Shown: piece by piece, positions 22,004 through 30,900 of the stretch
Layout of the letters: the number at the start of each line of letters is the position of its first letter
Numbering within the stretch: the first letter of the stretch is position 1
NCBI GenBank assembly: GCA_963707575.1
Contig: OY970171.1
Coordinates: 290,743 to 354,742, forward strand
Length of the DNA: 64,000 nucleotides
Reading direction: 5' to 3'
DNA from: an uncultured Gaiellaceae bacterium
GTDB lineage: Bacteria; Actinomycetota; Thermoleophilia; Gaiellales; Gaiellaceae
Made by a program: the position numbers and the translations under genes
The notes under the pieces: model-generated
Database searches by the model: none
What the model saw: the letters and a program-made list of their open reading frames with translations, nothing else
What the model was told of the DNA's origin: nothing

Positions 22004-22366
22004 CTACTGGTGCATCGGCGCCGGGGTGCCCGGGGTATGGAGCAGGTTCTCCACCTCACGGACGCCCCGTACCTTCTGTGTGCGGTTGACGAGCTCGTCG
22101 ATCAGCTCGGGCGACTGGACCTCGCCGCGCAACTGCGTCACGCCGTGCTGGACGTTCACGTTCACGAGTCCCTTGAGCGCGTGCTCCTCGCGGAAGAGCT
22201 CGGACTCCACCTTGGCCTTCAGCGTCTGATCGTCGTAGGTCGGCGGCGGCGTGACCGCCCTGCGCGCGCCTGCGACCACCTTGTGTGTGAACGCACGCAC
22301 GTCTCGCTTCCGCACGACCCACGCGAGTCCCGCACCGACGAGCGCGAGCAATCCCAGCTTCCGCAT
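22004..22366 (-). CDS. BON domain-containing membrane-anchored protein
   Basis: 120 aa. N-terminal TM helix LGLLALVGAGLAWVV. BON-like segment LKAKVESELF...VNVNVQHGVTQLRGEVQS.ELIDELV. Confidence 0.7.
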   Translation of the reverse strand: MRKLGLLALVGAGLAWVVRKRDVRAFTHKVVAGARRAVTPPPTYDDQTLKAKVESELFREEHALKGLVNVNVQHGVTQLRGEVQSPELIDELVNRTQKVRGVREVENLLHTPGTPAPMHQ

Positions 22367-22450
22367 TCCGTTCCTCCTTCGTGGCTGACCTCAGTCCCCT
22401 ACCGCGAGACCGCCGGCCGAAACGTCGGCGGGGCAAGTACCTTTCCGGAC

Positions 22451-22984
22451 ATGAACGGAGATTCGCTCAAGGGAAGCCTGCTCGTGGCGACGCCGGCGCT
22501 CCTCGATCCGAACTTCCGCCGCACGGTCGTCCTCGTCGCCGAGCATGGCGATGCGGGCGCGATGGGAGTGGTGCTCAACCGGCCCTCCGAGACGGCCGTC
22601 GCGGAGGCGATCCCGGAGCTCGTGTCGCTCGCGGGAGACGAGGAGCCCGTGTTCGTGGGCGGGCCGGTGGCGGTCGACTCGCTGCTCGCGCTCGCGGAGG
22701 TCGAGGAGCCCGACGAGACGGTGGAGCTCGTGGTCGGAGCCGTCGCGTTCGTCCGGGATCCCGAGGTTCCGGCCCTGCGGGGGCGGATCTTCGTCGGCTA
22801 CGCCGGCTGGTCGCCGGGCCAGATCGAGGCCGAGCTCGACGAGGAGTCGTGGATCGTCGTCCCCGCCGAGCCGGACGACGTCTTCAGCGAGGACCCGGAC
22901 GAGCTGTGGAGCTCTGTCCTCCGCCGCCAGGGCGGCCCGCTCGCGCTGCTCTCGTCGCTGCCGCCCGACCCGTCGCTGAACTAG
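22451..22984 (+). CDS. YqgE/AlgH family protein (UPF0301)
   Basis: 177 aa from ATG 22451. SLLVATPALLDPNFRRTVVLVAEH...GAMGVVLNRP and FVGYAGWSPGQIEAEL motifs. Confidence 0.85.
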   Translation: MNGDSLKGSLLVATPALLDPNFRRTVVLVAEHGDAGAMGVVLNRPSETAVAEAIPELVSLAGDEEPVFVGGPVAVDSLLALAEVEEPDETVELVVGAVAFVRDPEVPALRGRIFVGYAGWSPGQIEAELDEESWIVVPAEPDDVFSEDPDELWSSVLRRQGGPLALLSSLPPDPSLN

Positions 22985-23018
22985 CGCAGGCTCGTTTCCC
23001 TGGGCTCGTCGCCCTGGG

Positions 23019-24011
23019 CTAATTTCCCTGGGCGACGAGGTCCTTGCGCTCGGCGTCGAGCTCCGCCGCCATCTCGCGCGGCGTGCTCCGGAGCAACAGG
23101 AGGCCGACGAGGAGCAGAAACGCCTCGACCAGCGTGATCGCGAGCCGGTTGAGGACGATCGCACCGAGCGCGACGCCCTCCGACACGACCGCGAGCAGCA
23201 GGCCGTACACGGACGCCTCGCGCACACCGAGCCCCGAGGGGGCGAAGACCGCCAGCACTGCCACGATCGCGCCCACCGCGCTGGCGCCGCCGAGATACGG
23301 GATCGAGGAGATCGGCGGGTCGCCGCCGACCGACCGGAGGAGGAAGAAGAGCGACAGCCCCCCGAGCGGCCACGTGAGCGCATAGAAGCCGAGCAGCTCG
23401 AACGCAGTGCGTGACGGCAGCGGCTCGACGTCCTTCGCGCCGAAGGGTCGCAGCAGCCAGCTCGCGACGGTACGGAAGACCGGAGGCCAGAGCAGGACAC
23501 CCAGCACGATCGCGAAGAGGCCGAGCGGCAGCAGCGGCGCGTCCGCGCCGCCGACGAACGCGAGCCCGAACACGAACACGCCCACGCCCGCGATCGCCGA
23601 GAGCCCGGCCTCGAGCATGATCGACGCCAGCACCACGGGCGTCTCCTTCACCCCGAAGCGGCGCAGCGCGACGACGCGGGCAGCAGGCGTCCAGAACCCG
23701 CCCGGGATGTACTTCGCGAGCATCGAGAGCATCTCCGCCTGGAGCGCGACCGTGTACCGGAGGTGGATCCCGTAGGCGGCGAGGATCCGCATCCAGCCCA
23801 GCACGAACACGAGGTAGTACGCGGCCAGGACGACGAGGGCGATCCCGACCTCGACGGGGTCGGCGTGCCGCAGGAGCGGGGCCGCTTCGGCCCACACGTC
23901 CTGGAACGCCCAGGCGAGGATGCCGAACAGCACCGCGACGAGTACGAGTTGCACCGCGACGACGACGCCGCGCCGGCGCAACGGTGCGGGAACGCGGTCG
24001 CGCAGCGTCAT
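23019..24011 (-). CDS. UPF0104 / lysylphosphatidylglycerol-synthase-TM-region-like (flippase-like) membrane protein
   Basis: 330 aa with about 8 TM helices. The KYIPGGFWTPAARV loop is typical of this family. Confidence 0.65.
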   Translation of the reverse strand: MTLRDRVPAPLRRRGVVVAVQLVLVAVLFGILAWAFQDVWAEAAPLLRHADPVEVGIALVVLAAYYLVFVLGWMRILAAYGIHLRYTVALQAEMLSMLAKYIPGGFWTPAARVVALRRFGVKETPVVLASIMLEAGLSAIAGVGVFVFGLAFVGGADAPLLPLGLFAIVLGVLLWPPVFRTVASWLLRPFGAKDVEPLPSRTAFELLGFYALTWPLGGLSLFFLLRSVGGDPPISSIPYLGGASAVGAIVAVLAVFAPSGLGVREASVYGLLLAVVSEGVALGAIVLNRLAITLVEAFLLLVGLLLLRSTPREMAAELDAERKDLVAQGN

Positions 24012-24015
24012 GCCC

Positions 24016-24621
24016 CTAGCCTACGCGCCGCGTCAGGCGATACAGGCCCCCGTGACTCAACTCCTCCGTGGGAGTCCGCTCCACGAGCCAGTCGTTCCCG
24101 GCTCCGGCGAGGAACTTTTGCAGCGCCGGCCGGCCCGGATCGGCGAGCCGCACCTCGCTGCCGAGCCGCGGGAGCAGCTCGCTCAGCTGGGGGGCGTTGC
24201 GCGCCTCGTAGAGGACGTCGGCCGCAAGCACGAGGTCGAAGGGGGCGCGCGCCACGAGCGCGTTCGGATTCGCCCACGCGACGCGGGCCGTCTCCAGCTC
24301 GGCCCCGTTGTCGCGCGCGTTGCGCTCCGCATAGGCGAGCGCCTCGGACGACCAGTCGGTCGCGAGGGCCCGGGCGCCGCCCAGCGCGGCGGCGATGCTC
24401 GGCAGAGCGAGCCCGCAGCCGAGCTCCACCACCGCGAGCCCGGCCAGCGGGAGCGCCGTCACCGCCCGCGCGAGCGCGATCGAGCTCGGCCACAGCTCGG
24501 CCCAGTAGGGCAGGAACTCCTCTTGATCGAAGGCCGCCTCGTCGATCAGCTCCGTCGCGTCGGGTGGGTGGGTGATCGCGAGGAGGCGGCCGCCGAGCTC
24601 GATCTCGTCCGTCACGTCCAC
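24016..24621 (-). CDS. class I SAM-dependent (protein-lysine-type, Methyltransf_16-like) methyltransferase
   Basis: 201 aa. Motifs: YWAELWPSSIALA, VVELGCGLALPSIAAAL, DLVLAADVLY. Confidence 0.7.
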   Translation of the reverse strand: MDVTDEIELGGRLLAITHPPDATELIDEAAFDQEEFLPYWAELWPSSIALARAVTALPLAGLAVVELGCGLALPSIAAALGGARALATDWSSEALAYAERNARDNGAELETARVAWANPNALVARAPFDLVLAADVLYEARNAPQLSELLPRLGSEVRLADPGRPALQKFLAGAGNDWLVERTPTEELSHGGLYRLTRRVG

Positions 24622-24633
24622 GCTGCCTGCCCG

Positions 24634-25323
24634 CTAGATGAGCCGTTTCTCCAGCATCGCGGCCAGGCGCGTGAGCGGGAAGGAGATCAGGAAGAACATG
24701 ATCGCGACGGCGCCGAAGATCTCGAACGCGTGGATCTCGCCCAGGCCGATCGGCGGGATCGCGGTCAGCCGCTCGTTCTGGCGCTCCGCCGCCTCCAGCA
24801 GCTCGAGCCCGCCGATCACCTGCGCCAGCGTCGAGTTCTGGATGATGTTCACGAGCAGGCTCACGAACGGGGGCAGCAGCCGGCGCAGCGCCTGCGGCAG
24901 GATCACCCAGGAGTGCCGCCGCACCCAGCCGAAGCCGAGCGCCGACGCCGCCTCGTGCTGCTCGCGCGGGATCGACTGGACGGCGCCGCGGGTCGCCTCG
25001 GCCACCTGCGCGCTCCCCCAGAGGACGAGCGCGATCGCCGCGGCCAGCAGTGGGTCGTCGAACTGGAGCCGCGGCGAGACCGACGGCAGCCCGAAGTAGA
25101 CAATGAAGACGGTGACGAGGATCGGCAGGCCGCGGAAGACCTCGATGTAGAGCCGGATCAGCGCCTGCAGCGGCCGGAAGTGGATCGTCATCAGCGTCCC
25201 GAAAACGAGCCCGATGACCGCGCTGCCGACGACGGCGATCGCGGAGACTTTCAGCGTCCCCGGGAGGCCCTCGAAGACGATGTAGCGGGCGACCGGCTCG
25301 ACCCAGTCGGGCAGGTCGATCAT
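24634..25323 (-). CDS. amino-acid ABC transporter permease
   Basis: His/Glu/Gln/Arg-type permease (TLKVS..., EATRGAVQSIPREQHEAA.ALG EAA loop). ATG 25323 overlaps the upstream permease stop (ATGA). Confidence 0.85.
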   Translation of the reverse strand: MIDLPDWVEPVARYIVFEGLPGTLKVSAIAVVGSAVIGLVFGTLMTIHFRPLQALIRLYIEVFRGLPILVTVFIVYFGLPSVSPRLQFDDPLLAAAIALVLWGSAQVAEATRGAVQSIPREQHEAASALGFGWVRRHSWVILPQALRRLLPPFVSLLVNIIQNSTLAQVIGGLELLEAAERQNERLTAIPPIGLGEIHAFEIFGAVAIMFFLISFPLTRLAAMLEKRLI

Positions 25324-25994
25324 CGGGTCTCCGGGAGGGCGAGGTGCGACTCCAACAGGCGAATCAGCGCCGACAGCGTCCACACGAGCGCGAGGTAGAC
25401 GACCGCCAGCACCGTCAGCGCCTCGGTCGTCTGCAGCGTCAGGTTGCTGATGTTGAGCGCCGTCGTCGTCAGCTCCGGATAGCCGATCACGTACATCAAC
25501 GAGGTGTTCTTCAGCACCGAGATGTAGGTGTTGATCGACGACGGCAGCGCAATGCGGCCGCCGATCGGCAGCGTCACGTTGCGGAAGGTCGCGAGCCGGC
25601 CGAAGCCGAGCGCGTCGCCGGCCTCGCGGAAGCGGTACGGAACAGCCTCGAAGCCGGCCCGGAAGTTCTCGCTGTTGAACGCCCCGCCCCAGATCATCAC
25701 CGAGAGCCAGGCGACCGTGAACTGGTCGAAGACGATCCCGAACTGGGGCAGCGCGTAGAAGATCATGAAGATCTGGACGAGGATCGGCGTGTTCCGGATC
25801 ACCTCCACGTAGACCGCCGTGAACTGGCTGACGACGGGGATCCGGTGTGCGCGCGCCGCGCCGAGCACGAGGCCGATCACGAACGAGCCTGCGATCCCGT
25901 AGGCCGACACCTTCAGTGTGTTCTGGAGGCCGTCGACGAGCTCGGCCCGGTACTCCGAGACGAAGGCCCAGAGGTCGTACGTGGCCAGCAGCAT
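25320..25994 (-). CDS. amino-acid ABC transporter permease
   Basis: TLKVSAYGIAGSFVIG..., FRNTPILVQIF, and EAA-like loop FEAVPYRFREAGDALG. Start at ATG 25994 avoids overlap with the binding-protein gene. Confidence 0.85.
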   Translation of the reverse strand: MLLATYDLWAFVSEYRAELVDGLQNTLKVSAYGIAGSFVIGLVLGAARAHRIPVVSQFTAVYVEVIRNTPILVQIFMIFYALPQFGIVFDQFTVAWLSVMIWGGAFNSENFRAGFEAVPYRFREAGDALGFGRLATFRNVTLPIGGRIALPSSINTYISVLKNTSLMYVIGYPELTTTALNISNLTLQTTEALTVLAVVYLALVWTLSALIRLLESHLALPETR

Positions 25995-26055
25995 CAAAGC
26001 GACAGAGAAGCGGCCGCGCGTGCGCGGCCGCTTCTCGTAGTCATGCGGATTGAAA

Positions 26056-26976
26056 CTAGTTGCAAACGGTCTCCGCGGCAGGCGCACTGGCCGGCGCGTA
26101 TCCGAAGTTGACGTTCGGTCGCAGGATGTTCTTCGAGAAGCCGTTCACGAAGCGGGCCGGCACGTTGTTGCGGAGGATGGGCAGAAACAGGTCCTTCTTC
26201 TTCATCAGGTTCAGCCGCGAGTCGACCCAGCGCTTCATCGCGGCGTTGCCCTGCTTGATCCCGATCCCGTACGGCAGCGCGAGGAAGGTGTCCTCGGTCA
26301 GCTTCGCGGTCTGGTCCGCCGCCGCGACGCCGACGAGCACGGTGTCGTCCCACATCAGCGCATCCGCCCGGCCCTGGTTGAAGGCGAGCAGCGCGTTCGT
26401 GAAGCTGTCCGTCACGACCGCCTCGGTCTGCGTAAAGCAGCGCTTCAGCCATGTGTCGTAGATCGAGCCGCTCGTCGTCGCCACCTTGCGGCCAGCGAGG
26501 TTCGAGAGCGACTGCACCGGCGAGTCGTTCTTGACGAGCAGCCGGCCCGTAGCTTTGTAGTACGCCCGCGAGAAGTCGATCCTCGTATCCCGGGCGGCGG
26601 TGTAGGTGAATGTCGAGATGACGAGGTCGACGCGGTTCGTCGTCAGCAACGGCTCGCGGGCCGGCGTCGGGGCGCACACGAACGACACGCGCTGTGCACG
26701 GCCGAACGCGTAGCGGGCGAACCAGCGGGCGATCTCGACGTCGAAGCCGGCGTTCTTGCCCTGCACGTTGATGTACCCGAACGGCGGCGCGTCGCACTTG
26801 ACCCCGACGACCCAGCGCTGGCGCTGCTTCACCTCCGCGGGCAGCGGCGGCAGCTTGGGCGCCGTCGCCTCCGCCCGGGTCGGGCCGGTCGAGCTCGTCG
26901 GCTGGGCGAAGCCTAGCGTCGCGGTACCCACCGCGATGAGGGCGACCCCGGCCGTGGCCAGCAAGATCCTCTTCAT
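26056..26976 (-). CDS. amino-acid ABC transporter substrate-binding protein (family 3 SBP)
   Basis: 306 aa with a signal peptide [24 protein letters not shown]. Motifs: [17 protein letters not shown]....FS..YY. Confidence 0.85.
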   Translation of the reverse strand: MKRILLATAGVALIAVGTATLGFAQPTSSTGPTRAEATAPKLPPLPAEVKQRQRWVVGVKCDAPPFGYINVQGKNAGFDVEIARWFARYAFGRAQRVSFVCAPTPAREPLLTTNRVDLVISTFTYTAARDTRIDFSRAYYKATGRLLVKNDSPVQSLSNLAGRKVATTSGSIYDTWLKRCFTQTEAVVTDSFTNALLAFNQGRADALMWDDTVLVGVAAADQTAKLTEDTFLALPYGIGIKQGNAAMKRWVDSRLNLMKKKDLFLPILRNNVPARFVNGFSKNILRPNVNFGYAPASAPAAETVCN

Positions 26977-27812
26977 TCAGCCACTCCTTCTTCGTTGATT
27001 TGCAGTTCGTCCAGCGAGTCCGCGAGCTGGAGCGTGCGGCGCAGGAACCGCCGCGTGCGCTCGTCCCGCGGGTTGTCGAGCACGTCGGTCGGCCGCCCCT
27101 CTTCGACGATCCGTCCCTCGTCCATGAACACGAGCCTGTCGCCGACCTCACGGGCGAATTGCATCTCGTGCGTGACGACGAGCATCGTCATCCCGGTGCG
27201 GGCGAGGTCCCGCATCACGATCAGCACTTCTCCGACGAGCTCGGGATCGAGCGCCGAGGTGACCTCGTCGAAGAGCATCACGTGCGGGTTCATCATCAGC
27301 GCGCGCGCGATCGCCACCCGCTGCTGCTGGCCGCCGGAGAGCTGATGGGGATGCTGCCGCGCCTTCTCGACGAGGCCAACCGAGTCGAGCAGCGCGAGCG
27401 CCCGCTTCTCGGCCTCCGACCGCGGCACCTTCCGGATCTTGCGCGCCGCGAGCGTGACGTTGTCGATCGCACTCAGGTGCGGGAAGAGGTTGAACTGCTG
27501 GAAGACCATGCCGATGCGCTGGCGCACAGCCGAGACGTCGGCGCCCTTGCGAGTGATCTCGTCGCCCTCGAGGAAGATGCGGCCGGAATCGATCGGCTCG
27601 AGCAGGTTCGTGCAGCGCAGCAGCGTGCTCTTGCCGCTGCCGCTCCGGCCGATGATCACGAGCGCCTCGCCCGCGGCGACCTCCAGGTCGATCCCGTCGA
27701 GCACGAGGTTGTCGCCGAAGCTCTTCCGCACGCCCTCGAGCCGGACGGCCGACCCGGGACGAGCCCCGGCTTGCGTTCCGTCGTGCAGGCTGCTGGCCTC
27801 GGCCGCGCTCAT
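26973..27812 (-). CDS. amino-acid ABC transporter ATP-binding protein
   Basis: Walker [10 protein letters not shown], signature [15 protein letters not shown], Walker [17 protein letters not shown] overlap with the SBP gene. Confidence 0.9.
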   Translation of the reverse strand: MSAAEASSLHDGTQAGARPGSAVRLEGVRKSFGDNLVLDGIDLEVAAGEALVIIGRSGSGKSTLLRCTNLLEPIDSGRIFLEGDEITRKGADVSAVRQRIGMVFQQFNLFPHLSAIDNVTLAARKIRKVPRSEAEKRALALLDSVGLVEKARQHPHQLSGGQQQRVAIARALMMNPHVMLFDEVTSALDPELVGEVLIVMRDLARTGMTMLVVTHEMQFAREVGDRLVFMDEGRIVEEGRPTDVLDNPRDERTRRFLRRTLQLADSLDELQINEEGVAE

Positions 27813-27905
27813 CCGCGCGGGCCCGGCTTGCCGCCCGTATCGCTTTCCACCGACATCAGTGCCACGATCAAAGGAGAAGCGTGGCTGGAAGTCAAGAGCC
27901 GAGGG

Positions 27906-30900
27906 CTACTTGAACTTGAAGCTCGCGACGTGGGTCGAGCCGTCCACGAGGGTGACGATGAGCTGCCGGCACGTGCCCACCCAGGCCTTGTTCGTCTTCC
28001 AGACGTAGTGGTACCGCTGCGAGGCTGCGTCGTAGCTGAGGCCGTTCGCCGCGGGGGAGTCGATCTCCTCGAGCGAGTCGTCCGGCTGGCTGGAGCTGCA
28101 GTTGACGCCGACGGAGGCCGGGCTCCCCGGCGCGAAGATGTTGAGGCCCCGATTTCCTCCGAGGCTGAACTTGATCGGCACGGAGCTGCCCGCCTTGACG
28201 ACATTGACGATCGGGGGATTGTCGACGGGCTCGAAGAAGCCCGTGAACGGCCACACGACGCGATAGGTTCGGGTCGCGGTCGTCGTGTGGCCGACGATGT
28301 CGGTCGCCGTCACCGTGAGCGTCTTCTCGCCGACCGTTCCGGTCGGGAGCGGGCTGCCGTTCGCGGTCGACCCGATGCACGACTTGACGCCGGAACCGGA
28401 GTCGAGGCACCTGAACGCTGCTGCGACGCTCTGGCCGAGCGTGAATGTGGCGTTGGGCGCCGGTGAGGTGATCAGGACCTGAGGCGCCGTCGCGTCGATC
28501 ACGAAGCGCTTCTCCGCGTGCTCGCCGGCCGCCGTGTCGACCTCGACCACGTGCAACCCGTCGCGGGTGACCGACGCGGGCAGCGAGGCAGGCGTCAAGC
28601 CGTCGATCGTCACCGCGGCGCCGTCCGTCGGCGTGACGTCGACGGTGACGGGGCCGGAGAAGTAGTCGGGCAGCCCCGGCGCCTGCGTGCCCGTGAGCTC
28701 GATCGTGATCCCGTTCGGCGGGTCGGCCGGCTCCGGCTGCGCCTGGAAGTAGTGCGCCTTGTTCGTGCTCATCGCGCAGTTCCCGTCGGCGTCGCATGCC
28801 TGCACGATGTACTGCACGTTCGGACCGATCACCGGCGCGCCGCCGGTCCAGCGGCAGCTCCCCGGCGCGTCTGGCAGCAGGTCGACGCCGACCCAGGTGT
28901 CCTGGGTACCGGCGGTGTCGCCGAGGTCGTCGAAGAGGATGAAGACCCGCACGGCCGTGCAGGCGGACACCTCGAAGCCGACGTTCGTCCCGAATCGGGT
29001 CGCCTCGCTCGACACGATCGTCGGCGGCTCGTAGTCGGTGCTCGCGTTGTAGAAGACGCGGCCGCGGATCTGTGTCCAGCGACGCATGACGCTCGCTCCC
29101 TCGCTGCCGGGCGTGTCGTCGGTGAAGTACTGGCTCGTCGCGAGGTTGAGCTGCGAGCGGGTGCCCGTGACGCTCCTCGCAGTCGCCATCGTCGGAATGC
29201 CGCTCGGGAAGCCGATGTCGGTGAACGTCGGCTCGGGCGAGAGCGCCGTCGAGTCCGTCGTCGGCATCAGGAGCGACGGATCCCACGGCGAGTCGTCCTG
29301 CGAGACCAGCGACTCGACCAGGGCCGAGTGCGCGCGCTCGCCGGTCCTCGTCGCCGGCAGGGCGAGCGTCGAGACGAGCGGCCGGTAGTGGACGCCCGTG
29401 ACCTGGCCCGCGTTCGTCCAGAAGTCGCCGAACTCTCGGTTCTCGCGCGTGAAAGCGGGCACGACCGCGAACTCGCCCGAGCGGAGCTGGCTGACGGGAT
29501 CCAGCGTGATCGGGCCCTGGTTCGGAGCGGTTGCGCTCGTCGCACCGGGAATGGTCGTCGGTGCGGGCGGCTGCGGTGGCGGCGGCGAGCCGACGGGGGG
29601 CGGCGCTGAGCCGACACCGAAGAACGGCAGTCCGTAGAGCGTCGCCTGGAGGGTCGTCTTCTGCTCGTAGGCGCTGAAGCTTGCCCGGCCGAGGAAGTAG
29701 TCGGCCTTCGCCTGCGCGAGCGCCTCGCCGATCGTGAGCGAGCCGTTCAGGTTCCCCGCGAGCTCAGCCATCAGCTGCTCCGACCAGGCGATGGAATCGG
29801 TCGAGCCGAGCCCGAAGCCGGTGTTCGCCGCGAAGGCGCTGCGCTGCTCGCCGTACGCCTCGGCCCAGTCGCGCTTGATCGGGCTCGTCTCGCCCACGAT
29901 CACGTTCGCGACGGGGAGTCCTGCGTGGCAGCCGATCGTGAAGACGATCCGCCGCGGCATCGAGCCGGGACGGGCATCGAGGTCGGCAGTCGTGAACAGG
30001 TCGGAGGTGTCCCCCGTCGTGTTCCCGGCTGCCGGCAGCGCGCTGTGGTGGTCGTAGTGGCCGTTCAGCTGGTTGATCCCGGACGCGCCGGTCGTCGGGA
30101 AGAGCGCGCCCAGGAGCCCGACGCGGTTCCAGGTGTCGTCGATGAGCGTGCGCGTATTGGCGGCGCCGACGATTCCCGAGAGCTCCGAGGACGCGGCGGC
30201 GGTACCGTCGCTCGCGAAGTCGTAGCCGGAGCTGAAGGCCGAGTTGCGCGCCAGGATCCCGCTCGCGGCGACGAACTCGTTCAGCTGGCCGATGATCTGG
30301 CCCGGGCTCTCCACCAGCCGGCCGCCCGCGAGATCGGGCACGAAGACCTGCCGGGCGCCGACCTGGATCGGGTCGGTGTCGAGGTACGGGTCGTCCGAGA
30401 GCAGGTTCTCGCGAATGAAGGCGCCCGAGTACTGGTTGCCGGTGAACGTCGAGGCGTTGCCGCTCTCGTTGGCGATCAGCGTCAGGTCCGGGACACGGAA
30501 GAACGGGATCTGGTCGTCGCCGCCCACGAAGACGATGTACTTCAGCGACGGGCGGGTCAGGCGGATCGCGTTCACGGTGGCGGCGATCCCGCTCGCGACC
30601 GCGTTCGCGAGCTCGGGTGCGCACGGGTTCGCGTCCCAGGCGGTGTAGAGCGCGGCGTTGCTCCCGTAGGCCTCGACGGGGACGACGGCGCCGGCGACGC
30701 CGAGCGCGTTCCGGCCGGCGACGTTCGCGAGCGAGGCGAGCACGTCGTTCGCGGGGCCGGTGCCGTACGTCCGGCCGAGCCGGAGCCTGTTGACGAGGAA
30801 GAGCGTGTTCACGTTCGCCGGGATCGCGACCTGCGCACCCGCCGTGCCCTGGGTCGGGAACGGGAAGCTGCGCGGCGCGCACGGCCCGACGGTCGGCGGT

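Noticed and set aside
22998-23039. Triple CCCTGGGC motif and imperfect hairpin (CTCGTCGCCCTGGG / CCCTGGGCGACGAG) between yqgE-like and UPF0104 genes.
   Set aside because: It is most simply a bidirectional terminator, with one arm overlapping the 3' end of the minus-strand gene. The stem has a central mismatch and nothing suggests more.
27867-27895. Sigma-70-like promoter for the amino-acid ABC operon (minus strand TTGACT-N17-TTTGAT) in the lower-GC spacer after the giant gene.
   Set aside because: The -10 is weak for an actinobacterial TANNNT consensus, and I cannot evaluate significance without a genome-wide model. It is left as an observation only.
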